Numbered from the stretch's first letter, positions 9,846 through 19,259 are shown. The stretch: DNA of 64,000 bases from Brevibacillus sp. SYSU BS000544 (GCF_049846925.1 NZ_JBNCMT010000002.1:7885-71884); one strand, 5' to 3'. Notes: generated from the letters alone by a model not told the origin. A program made the numbers and translations.

Positions 9846-9989
9846 TTACTCCCAGCAGCAATGGTTATTTTTTTTTCTGTTGTGGTGTCTCTTCTTTTTG
9901 TTATCCTCTTTAACGATAACTGTTACTTTTACAACAATAACCTTTTTGCCTTTTTTGAAACTAAAAGATTTTGCATCTTCTCCGTACAT
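9846..9989 (-). CDS. Possible small, highly basic 47-aa protein (MYGEDAKSFSFKKGKKVIVVKVTVIVKEDNKKKRHHNRKKNNHCCWE)
   Basis: Not in the ORF track (<60 aa). Strong ribosome-binding site AAGGGGGGAG 5 nt upstream of ATG; ends exactly at the bidirectional terminator. Confidence 0.35.
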   Translation of the reverse strand: MYGEDAKSFSFKKGKKVIVVKVTVIVKEDNKKKRHHNRKKNNHCCWE

Positions 9990-10120
9990 GATGGCTCCCC
10001 CCTTATCGTTAGGATAGGATAGTCTACGCTTTTTTCCGATTGCTTGTCACGGCATTTGTACGAGACCGAACGCATATTTCAATCGAGTAAACTGGAACCT
10101 ATCCCTAAAGGAAGAAATGA

Positions 10121-10822
10121 CTACAGCAATGAATCCAGAGCCACATGAATCATGTCGTTGAAAGTGGTTTGACGTTCTTCTGCAGTCGTCTCTTCACCCG
10201 TAATCACATGATCGCTTACAGTCAGAATGGACAGTGCTTTGCGATTAAACTTGGCAGCAAGTGTGTACAGAGCTGCTGTCTCCATTTCCAGTGCCAATAT
10301 CTGATAGTCTGCCCAACGCTTGATGCTCTCTTTATCCTCGTTATAGAAAGTATCACTCGTAAATACATTTCCGACCTTCACTGCCAAGCCTCTGGATGAT
10401 GCCGTATCATACGCTTTTTTGAGCAAATCGAAATTGGCAGTAGGAGCAAAATCGATTCCGTTAAAACGAATGCGATTTACTGCTGAATCCGTTGAAGCAC
10501 TCATGGCAATAATAATGTCTCTTACTCGAACATCTTCCTGGATGGCACCACAAGTACCAACACGAATCAGGTTTTGAACCCCATAGCTTTGCATTAATTC
10601 ATTCACATAGATAGAGATGGATGGTATTCCCATACCTGTTCCTTGGACGGAAACTCGCTTGCCTTTATATGTACCAGTAAAACCAAGCATTCCACGTACT
10701 TCATTGTAGCAAACGGCATTCTCCAGAAAATTCTCCGCTATATATTTGGCACGAAGCGGGTCGCCAGGCAGCAGGACCGTTTCGGCAATTTCGTTTTCTT
10801 TGGCACCGATATGTACACTCAT
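10121..10822 (-). CDS. deoD: Purine nucleoside phosphorylase, DeoD-type
   Basis: Full-length similarity to hexameric PNP (…[12 protein letters not shown]…[11 protein letters not shown]…). Start at MSVHIGA. Confidence 0.9.
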   Translation of the reverse strand: MSVHIGAKENEIAETVLLPGDPLRAKYIAENFLENAVCYNEVRGMLGFTGTYKGKRVSVQGTGMGIPSISIYVNELMQSYGVQNLIRVGTCGAIQEDVRVRDIIIAMSASTDSAVNRIRFNGIDFAPTANFDLLKKAYDTASSRGLAVKVGNVFTSDTFYNEDKESIKRWADYQILALEMETAALYTLAAKFNRKALSILTVSDHVITGEETTAEERQTTFNDMIHVALDSLL

Positions 10823-10972
10823 TTGTAACTCTCCCTCCGTAATGGACAAATATCACACCTACAAAACTACCACATTCTCTCAAGGAAATATATGCAAAAA
10901 TAATTGAACAGCACAACATTGTACTTGTATTTGGAAACGATTCTAGTATAACTTAATTATGGAAATATATTC

Positions 10973-12250
10973 TTGATTAGTAGGTGCGACGAAGTGGGCC
11001 ATGCTTGGAAAGACATCTTGATTAATGTATTTTTTATTATCTTCCCATTATTCCTTTATCAAATCCTTTCTCTGGATCGATTTCATATCACCAAGAAACA
11101 AAACAAATTAATCATTGCTTCCTTCTCAGCGATTAGTATTTTCCTATGTATGAGCTTCCCGTCTATTATCATACCCGGCTATCATTTTGACCTTCGCTTC
11201 ATTCCTTTTATCCTTGCCTCTCTTTACTGCGGATTTCCTACTGCAGTTGTACTTGCCATTGAGATCATTGGTTATCGATTTTTGTTAGGGGGAACAGGTA
11301 GCCTAGCAAACCTTGTAATTTATGGCTCCATGCTGCCAATCATTTACATAATACTTCCTCACTACAAAGGATTCACCATGCGATCCAAATTACTGGTCAC
11401 AACATCTCTGGCATTTTCCACATCAGTATTTTCAAACCTCTTATATTTGATTTTTTGCGAACTGCCCATCTTTATGATTTTCGTCGCAGAAGAACTCATT
11501 CTAATGAAAGTCATTATTGCCTTACTTGTTACTTTCATGGTAGAGCGTATACGGGAAAATACTGTGCTGAGAGAAATGATAAACCGTGCTGAAAAGTTGA
11601 GAGTGGTAAGTGAAATGGCTGCTTCCGTCTCTCATGAAATACGAAACCCTCTGACTGTTACCAGAGGATTTATCCAGTTGCTGCTAAAGGCTGATCTTCC
11701 CAAAGGGAAGCGTGATGAGTTCCTTCAGCTATCGTTAGAAGAGCTGGATCGAGCCGGTTCTATCATTACCGATTATCTTACTTTGGCCAAGCCTCAATTA
11801 AGCAGTATCGTAACATTGAATGTCTCTGATGAAATCAAGTACGTACTGGATGTGATGGCGCCATATGCCACTATGCACAATGTAGAGTTACATAAGGAGT
11901 TAAACGAGCTTTGTATCATATCTGGTGACAGGCAGAAACTTCATCAATGCCTGATTAACCTCGTGAAAAACGGGATCGAGGCAATGCCAGACGGGGGTAC
12001 ATTATCCATCTGCAATTCATTTCACAATCAGATGGCGGTAATTGAGATTACCGACTCAGGAACAGGAATGACAGCAGAACAAATTGCCCGCCTGGGAACA
12101 CCCTATTATTCAACCAAAGACAAAGGGACTGGATTAGGCACAATGGTCGCCTTTAGCATCGTCCATGCTTTCAACGGCAAAGTGAGCATAAACAGCGTGT
12201 ATGGTAAAGGAACCAAGTTTACTTTGTCATTTCCAGGCTCATGCAAATAA
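10973..12250 (+). CDS. Membrane sensor histidine kinase of the sporulation-kinase (KinB-like) type: multi-TM N-terminus plus HisKA plus HATPase_c
   Basis: H-box ASVSHEIRNPLTVTRGF is characteristic of Bacillus Kin-family phosphorelay kinases. 5-6 predicted TM helices. No cognate response regulator adjacent. Start codon uncertain (TTG 10973 or GTG 10996). Confidence 0.7.
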   Translation: MISRCDEVGHAWKDILINVFFIIFPLFLYQILSLDRFHITKKQNKLIIASFSAISIFLCMSFPSIIIPGYHFDLRFIPFILASLYCGFPTAVVLAIEIIGYRFLLGGTGSLANLVIYGSMLPIIYIILPHYKGFTMRSKLLVTTSLAFSTSVFSNLLYLIFCELPIFMIFVAEELILMKVIIALLVTFMVERIRENTVLREMINRAEKLRVVSEMAASVSHEIRNPLTVTRGFIQLLLKADLPKGKRDEFLQLSLEELDRAGSIITDYLTLAKPQLSSIVTLNVSDEIKYVLDVMAPYATMHNVELHKELNELCIISGDRQKLHQCLINLVKNGIEAMPDGGTLSICNSFHNQMAVIEITDSGTGMTAEQIARLGTPYYSTKDKGTGLGTMVAFSIVHAFNGKVSINSVYGKGTKFTLSFPGSCK

Positions 12251-12415
12251 CCGCCAAACCCCCATAGTAAAATGCGTATTTAGATAATAACCTAATTAGG
12301 TATTAGTCTAATCATTTTGATATTTCAATGATAACTTCAAGGATGAAGGATGTATGGATAAGTGCACCAATACAAGGGGAACATGGTAGTAAACAGCTTG
12401 ATAGGAGATGTCTAC

Positions 12416-12655
12416 ATGTTACCCGAAGATATTCAGAAGAAAATTCAGGAAATAAGGGTAGTAGGAAACTTCGAAGAGAAATACAACTCGCCAGATGACG
12501 AACAGGTACTTCAAACCATTCTAGCTGAGCAGAATATGTCGATTCCAAGTGGAAATCATACGGCGGATTGGTCAAGCGTGAAGCAGGTGCTAGACCAAAA
12601 AAAACAGGAGCTAAAAAAACGAAGTGAAGAATATTTTGAGAGTGGTTTTTGGTAA
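12416..12655 (+). CDS. Small hypothetical protein (79 aa)
   Basis: ORF with a GGAG ribosome-binding site, followed by a terminator. Confidence 0.35.
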   Translation: MLPEDIQKKIQEIRVVGNFEEKYNSPDDEQVLQTILAEQNMSIPSGNHTADWSSVKQVLDQKKQELKKRSEEYFESGFW

Positions 12656-12665
12656 ACATACCGAG

Positions 12666-12710
12666 AACCCCAAGGCAGTTTTTCCCTTGGGGTGTTTCGT
12701 TATTTTTCAA
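12666..12710 (+). terminator. Rho-independent terminator
   Basis: Stem ccccaagg/ccttgggg followed by a T-rich tract. Confidence 0.6.
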
Positions 12711-13097
12711 GCTACCTTCGTAAACAAACCAAAAACTAGCAGTATTAAGAAAAGGCTGATCATTACACTTACCCAAACGATTGAACCAGTATCGATTCTA
12801 TTTTTCCATTTCACTTATCATCACTCCTTGTCCTACTACTAAGCTATTCAGAATTAAGGGGATAATAGGACAAAAAAAACCACCCGGAAACATTTCCAAG
12901 TGGATAAAGGATTAGGGGTAGTACTGAAAAAAACATGTTGCTGGTTTTATAGACGTAACAAAGCAAATCCAAGGTTGCAGGAAATTTAAAGTTTGGACAT
13001 AAATTAAAACATTGATTTGGAGCAGGTCAGATATGCTCCGACTCATTTTCATGCTAGTCTGCATACATGCACAGTCGCAAACACAGTTTGAATACCG

Positions 13098-13355
13098 TTA
13101 TTTCGAATATTGGGTTTCTGTTAATTGATCACGTTCCTCTTCGGATAAAAAACGAAAATCATACATAAGCCCGAATTCCTTTGCGTTCTCTAATAAATTA
13201 AGAAAGAGTTCCTCCCCTTCAACATCAACACCTTTTAATCCGGTATAGATCCCTTGGAGTCTTTGTTGACCATCCAATTCTATAACAACCGAAGGCAAAA
13301 TTTTTGTATTGACGCTACTGCCATTCTCGACCGACGAAAGAAACAATCTGCTCAT
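13098..13355 (-). CDS. Hypothetical protein (~85 aa; start uncertain)
   Basis: ORF only. The upstream part of the track ORF overlaps a terminator hairpin, so the start is probably internal. Confidence 0.25.
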   Translation of the reverse strand: MSRLFLSSVENGSSVNTKILPSVVIELDGQQRLQGIYTGLKGVDVEGEELFLNLLENAKEFGLMYDFRFLSEEERDQLTETQYSK

Positions 13356-13440
13356 TTCCCCAACGAGGCTTGTCGTGTGGAAAAGCGGTACTCTCCTGTC
13401 TCCTCCTCGCACACATAGTATAACCCGATACTGATTCCTA

Positions 13441-13478
13441 AATTCGAAAACCCGCCTCTGCATTTGCAAAAGGCGGGC
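13441..13478 (-). terminator. Rho-independent terminator of the Gly/Thr-rich protein gene
   Basis: Stem cccgcc/ggcggg followed (minus strand) by ttttcgaatt. Confidence 0.55.
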
Positions 13479-13494
13479 TACTGGTTGCAAAGAT

Positions 13495-13905
13495 TTACCG
13501 TTGAGGTTCTCTGTTGTCTCTTCTGTTGCGCATTCCGGCTAATCCTGCCAGACCTAACAAGCCAAGCCAGCCCCAGTCAACATCATTGTCGCCAGCAGCA
13601 GCCCTTGTGCCATAACCATTATTATTCGTACCAAACGTACCATTATTGGTCATACCAGTTCCATTTGTGCCGTATGTGCCATAGGTGTTGTTGTAACCTG
13701 TCGTACCCGTTGTACCTGCTGTTGTACCAGCAGAGCCTCCGGTTGTCCCATAAGTGTTATAGCCTGTCCCTGTACCCGTCGTAAAACCTGCGCCGCTTCC
13801 ACCAACCCCTACGCCTGCTCTTGTACCACCTGTTTCAGCGTATGCTGAAGCACCCATTGCCAACATAAGCACCATTACAATAACTGACATTCTGGTTTTT
13901 TTCAT
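13495..13905 (-). CDS. Secreted low-complexity Gly/Thr/Asn/Tyr-rich protein with a C-terminal hydrophobic segment and basic tail
   Basis: Signal peptide MKKTRMSVIVMVLMLAMGASAYA; ~90 aa of GT-rich repeats; C-terminus DVDWGWLGLLGLAGLAGMRNRRDNREPQR. Confidence 0.5.
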   Translation of the reverse strand: MKKTRMSVIVMVLMLAMGASAYAETGGTRAGVGVGGSGAGFTTGTGTGYNTYGTTGGSAGTTAGTTGTTGYNNTYGTYGTNGTGMTNNGTFGTNNNGYGTRAAAGDNDVDWGWLGLLGLAGLAGMRNRRDNREPQR

Positions 13906-14059
13906 AATGAAAACTCAACCCCTTTCTTAGGTCTATTCAACTTATTTCCTAGGTTGAGTTGGATTATTCATTCCCCTCCACCCCTTTGAGCGCTTTCTTC
14001 CATAATGTGCCGTGTGGTATAATCGCTAAATTACAAACCACGTGTGTTGGAGGGTCTTC

Positions 14060-14536
14060 ATGCTTACATTTGAAGAAAAAACTGCTATCATTGAATCTTT
14101 TCCAGAACTGCAAAAAAAAGCCGTATCGCTCGGCCGAGTAAACTACCAGTTTGAGGAAAGCAAACACGAAAAGAAAAATGTGGTATATCATCTGCATCCG
14201 AATGGAAACGGGTTCGTTTATGCAGGACTGATTCGCGGATATAAAACAGATGACAAGGGCTTCGTAAATATCCGTGACTTTTCTGCTGATGCCTTGCAAA
14301 AATTGATTCGCTCATCCATTCAATCACTTTCTGAACCGCCTCGGACAGAAGCAGAAGAAGCGATTATCGGAGAAGGACAGGAGGAACGCTGGGCTGGACC
14401 CGACAATCAGACCCTGATCCTGCTGAACGAGGATGAGTGGTGGAACATTTACGCCGGGTTGAATCTGGAGGAGTCTTTCGGTTCGTATGAAGAGGCGACA
14501 CAATATCTGGAAGAAGAAGGGTTTACTCGAATATAA
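14060..14536 (+). CDS. Hypothetical cytoplasmic protein (158 aa)
   Basis: ORF with a GGAGGG ribosome-binding site 5 nt upstream of ATG 14060. No recognised domain. Confidence 0.45.
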   Translation: MLTFEEKTAIIESFPELQKKAVSLGRVNYQFEESKHEKKNVVYHLHPNGNGFVYAGLIRGYKTDDKGFVNIRDFSADALQKLIRSSIQSLSEPPRTEAEEAIIGEGQEERWAGPDNQTLILLNEDEWWNIYAGLNLEESFGSYEEATQYLEEEGFTRI

Positions 14537-14562
14537 ACCTGCTTAACAACACCAATTCAAAT

Positions 14563-14601
14563 AAAAACGCTCATCTCCGTAATGGAATGAGCGTTTTTGG
14601 T
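14563..14601. terminator. Bidirectional terminator between convergent genes
   Basis: aaaaacgctcat...atgagcgttttt: 9-bp stem with an A-run and a T-run. Confidence 0.7.
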
Positions 14602-14624
14602 TACAGTTCATATCGAACGGCTTC

Positions 14625-15314
14625 CTACTCCAACAATTTCATTAATTCATTGAATTCTTTGCTTGTCAGATTGCGCCAGTGGCCGATTTTCAGATCACCT
14701 AACCGTATATTCATTATCCGAATCCGTTGCAGTCGGGTCACCTGGTATCCAAATGCCTGGCACATCCTGCGAATTTGACGATTGAGTCCTTGTGTCAGGA
14801 TGATCCGAAACACCCTGTCACTGACACGGCTTACTTTGCACGGTTTCGTTTTGGTTCCCAAAATCTTGACTCCGCTAGACATCCCTTGCAAGAATTCCTG
14901 AGTGATCATTTTGTTCACCGTGACGATATACTCTTTCTCATGATTATTTTCTGCCCGCAATATCTTGTTGACAATGTCTCCGTCATTGGTGAGCAGAATC
15001 AGCCCTTCTGAATCCTTATCGAGACGCCCAATCGGAAATACCCGCGCTGGATGGTTCACAAAATCTACGATATTGCCCTGAACATGCTTTTCCGTTGTGC
15101 TCGTGATGCCAACAGGTTTGTTCAAGACGATGTAAACTGGCTTTTTCTTGGTGCCGATCGGCTTGCCGTCGATCATGACCATATCACCCGGTTCTGCCGT
15201 ACTGCCAAGCTCCGCCACTAGCCCATTGATGGTTACCCGCTTGGCATCAATCAGCTTGTCAGCTTCCCGCCTCGAACATACTCCTGTCTCACTTATAAAT
15301 TTATTGATTCTCAT
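14625..15314 (-). CDS. rRNA pseudouridine synthase (RsuA/RluB/RluF family, S4 plus PseudoU_synth_2)
   Basis: S4 domain MRINKFISETGVCSRREADKLI and the catalytic region FPIGRLDKDSEGLILLTNDG. Confidence 0.85.
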   Translation of the reverse strand: MRINKFISETGVCSRREADKLIDAKRVTINGLVAELGSTAEPGDMVMIDGKPIGTKKKPVYIVLNKPVGITSTTEKHVQGNIVDFVNHPARVFPIGRLDKDSEGLILLTNDGDIVNKILRAENNHEKEYIVTVNKMITQEFLQGMSSGVKILGTKTKPCKVSRVSDRVFRIILTQGLNRQIRRMCQAFGYQVTRLQRIRIMNIRLGDLKIGHWRNLTSKEFNELMKLLE

Positions 15315-15431
15315 GCGGAAATCCCTTCTCTATCTCATGGTTCTTGTTTTTCCTACTCAATTGTGCTTACAAGCATTTTCCATTGTAACACAAAGGATGG
15401 GGCGAAGCATCCAGCCCCACCCCATCCACAT

Positions 15432-15839
15432 TTATTTGCCTGTTTTTACTGGACCTTTCCAATCAAGCATACCACCTGAAACATTCACAATATTCGTATA
15501 GCCTTGCTCCTGAAGCAATTTCGCTGCTTGCATGCTTCTGTTCCCACTCCGGCAAATGATAACGACCTCTTTGTCTTTGGGAATTTCAGCTAAACGATTC
15601 GGTAAAGAGCTCAGAGGTACATTGGCAATCCCCTCAATATGCCCTTCCGTATACTCATTCTCTTCTCGCACGTCAATGAACACGGCTGAGGAATTCAACT
15701 GTTGCTGCAATTTTTCTTGTAATTGTGTAGTTGTCACCTGTTGAATCGTGCTACTCGTCTGAAAAAACAGCATCCAGACAACAGCTCCGATTGCAATCAC
15801 AGAAAGTAGGGCAATTATCGTTCGGTTCATTTCTCCCAA
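15432..15839 (-). CDS. Membrane-anchored rhodanese-like (sulfurtransferase) domain protein
   Basis: N-terminal TM helix; active-site loop CRSGNRS. Confidence 0.75.
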   Translation of the reverse strand: MGEMNRTIIALLSVIAIGAVVWMLFFQTSSTIQQVTTTQLQEKLQQQLNSSAVFIDVREENEYTEGHIEGIANVPLSSLPNRLAEIPKDKEVVIICRSGNRSMQAAKLLQEQGYTNIVNVSGGMLDWKGPVKTGK

Positions 15840-15852
15840 TCTCCTATATCCT

Positions 15853-16959
15853 CTATTTTTTAGCAGTAAATAGACTATTCAGTTGCTCTAGCAAATTTCC
15901 TCCACCGGACAAAGAGACATGTCCGATCCTTTCACAAATTCGCTCCAGATATTCCAACTCTTTCAAACGGGACAAAGTCTGATTCTCGTCCATCAGCTTC
16001 GCCGTATTGAGTAGACTTCTGGTCGATGCAGTCTCTTCTCTTCTAGTGATAATATTAGCCTGTGCCTTCTTTTCTGCCAGTAACACCATATTCAAAATCT
16101 CTTTGATATCACCAGGCAAAATAATATCTTTTACACCTGCAGACAGGAACTGCACGCCGAAATCCTCGCTTTTTTCCTGCAATCGTGACAAAACGAATTG
16201 TCCTACTTCCTGCTTGGTTCGCAAGAGGTCGTCAAGCTTCAGCGTACCGACATATTCTCGTAAAACAAGCTGCAACAAAATATAGATTTGCTCTTCAAAT
16301 GATTTAATCTCCATCATTCTCAAAGGATTCACAATTTTGTACTGGCAGACAAAGTTAAGCCGAAGCGCAATTTTGTCCTCAGTCATCATTTCCTGTCCAG
16401 TCATATCCAATTGCTGCTGGCGTAAATCAATCAGTTTTACTTGAATGGAGACGGGCCCTCGCCAAAAATAGTACTTGCCCGGTGGTAGAGTACGCTGCAT
16501 GACGTTGTTAAAGAAGAGAATGCCCGTCTCATAACTCGCAACCTCGTAAATAATAGCATAACTATTCACCCGAGGGCTGCTGAAAATCGACCGATCAATC
16601 TCCGGACGTACCTCTGGTTCTCTTGTATCGACTGTTATAAAGTCGTGCTTATGTAACAGATTCCAAAATACGTACTTCCCCGTGGTCAGGACAGACTTGA
16701 ATTTCTCATCCACGTAATGAAGGACATATTCGTAATCTTTCACTTCCACTACAACCAAATCCTTATTCAACTCTGGATCGTGAAGTAGAAGATTGATATT
16801 TTTATCGGGCACCTGAAACGGCTGATCGATTTTCAGTTTAATGACTTCGTTATTCACAAAGGGTGGAAAGAAATACTTCCCCGGCTGAAGATAACGTTGG
16901 TAGTTGCCATCCTTGAAGAGAAGGCCTCTTTCATCGTCTTGAATGATCACTTTTTTCAT
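15853..16959 (-). CDS. SPFH/band-7 (stomatin/prohibitin-like) domain protein, cytoplasmic
   Basis: C-terminal band-7-like region with a coiled-coil/Ala-rich tail (…VLLAEKKAQANIITRREETA…). No N-terminal TM. Confidence 0.6.
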   Translation of the reverse strand: MKKVIIQDDERGLLFKDGNYQRYLQPGKYFFPPFVNNEVIKLKIDQPFQVPDKNINLLLHDPELNKDLVVVEVKDYEYVLHYVDEKFKSVLTTGKYVFWNLLHKHDFITVDTREPEVRPEIDRSIFSSPRVNSYAIIYEVASYETGILFFNNVMQRTLPPGKYYFWRGPVSIQVKLIDLRQQQLDMTGQEMMTEDKIALRLNFVCQYKIVNPLRMMEIKSFEEQIYILLQLVLREYVGTLKLDDLLRTKQEVGQFVLSRLQEKSEDFGVQFLSAGVKDIILPGDIKEILNMVLLAEKKAQANIITRREETASTRSLLNTAKLMDENQTLSRLKELEYLERICERIGHVSLSGGGNLLEQLNSLFTAKK

Positions 16960-17424
16960 TTCTCTCTCCCCTTGCTTATCTCTTTATTGAAATCCTCCTG
17001 AAATGAATGCGGAGTCTGATTTAAGCATGAACGCACAAGACTCTTTCCCAGTTACTCATTTGCTCCACTTCGACTGCTTGAAGAAGATTTTCACGGCAAA
17101 GCGAAAAGCTGATTCATCCGATATCCACCAGCCTGCAAAGCGTTCATTTCAGTGTGGGCTTGCCACAGAGGATGATCAATAAAGAATAGGTTAGATTTTT
17201 AAGGCTTGATTGTTCATCAAGCGATTCGACCAGAAGTCACCTTGAAAGGGTGAGCTGAGGAATCGAACCTCTGCATGGTGGGATAAGGATGTCACTGTGC
17301 TCCAGCATACTGACCATCCAAGTGGAATGCAGCACTGTCGGATCATTCAGAAATCCGCACATAGGAGTCAATGCCCCATCATTACCCACAACCATCATAA
17401 CAAAACTTGGAATTGGAGGGAAAG

Positions 17425-17847
17425 TTATTCTTCCAATTCCCACTGTGGATTCCAGACGACTTCCCACAAGTGTCCATCCGGGTCTTGGAAGTGACCGGAA
17501 TATCCGCCCCAAAAGGTATCATGCGCCGGGTCGGTTATGATCGCTCCAGCAGATTGGGCTTGTGTCATCACCTGATCCACTTCTTCCTTGCTGCCTACGT
17601 TGTGACCAATCGTAAATTCAGTAGGATTCGGTGCGGTCTGAACAACCTTTGCCTCATGAGCGAGGTCTTTACGATTCCAAATGGCGAGCTTTAAACCTGC
17701 TTGTAAGTCAAAAAAAGCAACGGCGCCATGCTCAAACTCCTGACCGATGATCCCTTGAGTCGGCAGCCCCAGCCCATCACGATAAAATTTCAGTGATCGT
17801 TCCAAATCATCTACACCCAAAGTAATGACAGTAATTCGTGGTTTCAT
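17425..17847 (-). CDS. VOC (glyoxalase/bleomycin-resistance) family protein
   Basis: 140 aa with a paired beta-alpha-beta-beta-beta module pattern. Confidence 0.7.
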   Translation of the reverse strand: MKPRITVITLGVDDLERSLKFYRDGLGLPTQGIIGQEFEHGAVAFFDLQAGLKLAIWNRKDLAHEAKVVQTAPNPTEFTIGHNVGSKEEVDQVMTQAQSAGAIITDPAHDTFWGGYSGHFQDPDGHLWEVVWNPQWELEE

Positions 17848-17880
17848 CCTATGTTCATACCTCCATAAGTCTTCTTCCTA

Positions 17881-18387
17881 CTACTGCTCCCCCTCATATG
17901 CCTGCTTTAACACTTGAATATCCAATTTTTTCATTTGGAACATGGCTTTTAATACTCTTTCCGATTTTTGTGGATCGGGGCCACTCACGAGCTCGGTCAT
18001 TTCGGCTGGGACAATTTGCCACGACACACCAAACTTGTCTTTCAACCAACCACACACTTGTGCCTTTTCGTCTCCGCCTTCGGAGAGTTTTTCCCAAAAG
18101 TAGTCCAGTTCTTCCTGTGACTCACAATGGACAATAAAAGAGATGGCCTCAGTAAAAGGAAATTGCGGGCCGCCATTTAATGCAACGAATTGTTGATCTT
18201 CCAACTGGAACTCCACCGTCATTACGGCACCTTCTGATCTTCCGTGGATTTCATGTCCCACTTTTGTATATCGAGTGATTCTTCCAATACTAGAATTTTT
18301 AAAGATAGAAGTGTAGAACTTCGCTGCCTCTTCTGCTAGTGTGTCGAACCACAGGTTTGGCGTGATTTTTTGGATTTTGTTTTTCAT
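17881..18387 (-). CDS. VOC family protein, PhnB-like (3-demethylubiquinone-9 3-methyltransferase-like domain)
   Basis: KITPNLWF start typical of the family. Start moved to MKNKIQ, which has an AAGAGGTAGAG ribosome-binding site. Confidence 0.65.
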   Translation of the reverse strand: MKNKIQKITPNLWFDTLAEEAAKFYTSIFKNSSIGRITRYTKVGHEIHGRSEGAVMTVEFQLEDQQFVALNGGPQFPFTEAISFIVHCESQEELDYFWEKLSEGGDEKAQVCGWLKDKFGVSWQIVPAEMTELVSGPDPQKSERVLKAMFQMKKLDIQVLKQAYEGEQ

Positions 18388-18389
18388 TC

Positions 18390-19259
18390 TTACTCTACCT
18401 CTTTCTCTAGTGATTTTGTTTTCTTCCATTGTTCATTAATCGCTTGAACCTTGTTCCACAGATCGTCTCGCGCCTGTTTACTATAATTCACCAGATGTTC
18501 GCCAAAAATATCCCCCAAGACTTCAAACCATTGTGATTTTGATAGAATCTCTATCTTCTCAATCACATGTTTCTCCCGTTTGCTCCAGACACAACCTCTC
18601 AGTTCATTGCTTCCAGTCGCATGCCGATGTCGGACAAGAAACAGATTGATCCAGGGTGAATTTGCAGATCGGCTGTAATGCTCGTGTTTCGGATAAAACT
18701 CTTCCAGCTCATCCACAACCTCAGGATCATAATCTACTCCAGTAAATGTAGAAAGTGGATCATGTTCCAATCGCCAGCCATTGGTAACGACACTTGATTC
18801 AGTCACTTTATAAATAAAGGGATCTTGGTCATAGATTCCAGCTTGCAGAGGCAGTGGTTCAAATGGCATATCTCCAAGACCAACATCAATAATCCACCGT
18901 TCATTCTCTAATTTTACAGTGAGTCCAAGGTGAAAGGAATTGATTCGAGGCTGCTCTCCCATCGGCTGAACACCAGCTCGATGCCAAGAGACCTGATAAC
19001 CCAAGGAACGAAGAAGCTCGCTAAACGCTCCGTTCAGATGAAAACAATAACCGCTTCTACCATTGATCATCAGTTGCACGGATTCCCTGGTATCAATAGC
19101 AGTCGGCCTTCCAGCGAAAATATCAATGGTTTCCCACGGGATATTTTTCACGTGCGCTTTATGTAGTTCAGACAAAAATGAAAGGGTAGGCGGCTCAATT
19201 TCTTTAATTCCGAGTCTATGTAAATACGCTTTGATTTCTTCATTTTTCAGCATTTCCAT
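18390..19259 (-). CDS. Arylamine N-acetyltransferase (NAT) family protein
   Basis: Catalytic-cysteine motif RSGYCFHLNGAF, plus His/Asp downstream. Start at MEMLKNEE with an AAGGAGGGG ribosome-binding site. Confidence 0.75.
   Translation of the reverse strand: MEMLKNEEIKAYLHRLGIKEIEPPTLSFLSELHKAHVKNIPWETIDIFAGRPTAIDTRESVQLMINGRSGYCFHLNGAFSELLRSLGYQVSWHRAGVQPMGEQPRINSFHLGLTVKLENERWIIDVGLGDMPFEPLPLQAGIYDQDPFIYKVTESSVVTNGWRLEHDPLSTFTGVDYDPEVVDELEEFYPKHEHYSRSANSPWINLFLVRHRHATGSNELRGCVWSKREKHVIEKIEILSKSQWFEVLGDIFGEHLVNYSKQARDDLWNKVQAINEQWKKTKSLEKEVE

Noticed and set aside
9676-9861. 61-aa minus-strand ORF and 9594-9812 plus-strand ORF
   Set aside because: Both overlap the well-supported DUF962 gene and terminator and have no ribosome-binding site. 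The adjacent 47-aa ORF (9846-9989) with a strong SD is the better candidate.
13464-13784. 106-aa plus-strand Cys/Gln-rich ORF
   Set aside because: Antisense to the Gly/Thr-rich secreted protein gene; its composition simply mirrors the GGT/ACC repeats.
17230-17330. Possible tRNA gene on the minus strand (GGTTCGATTCC T-loop)
   Set aside because: No 5' acceptor strand complementary to GCTCACC is found upstream, and the D- and anticodon arms cannot be built. At best it is a fragment, so it is not called as tRNA.
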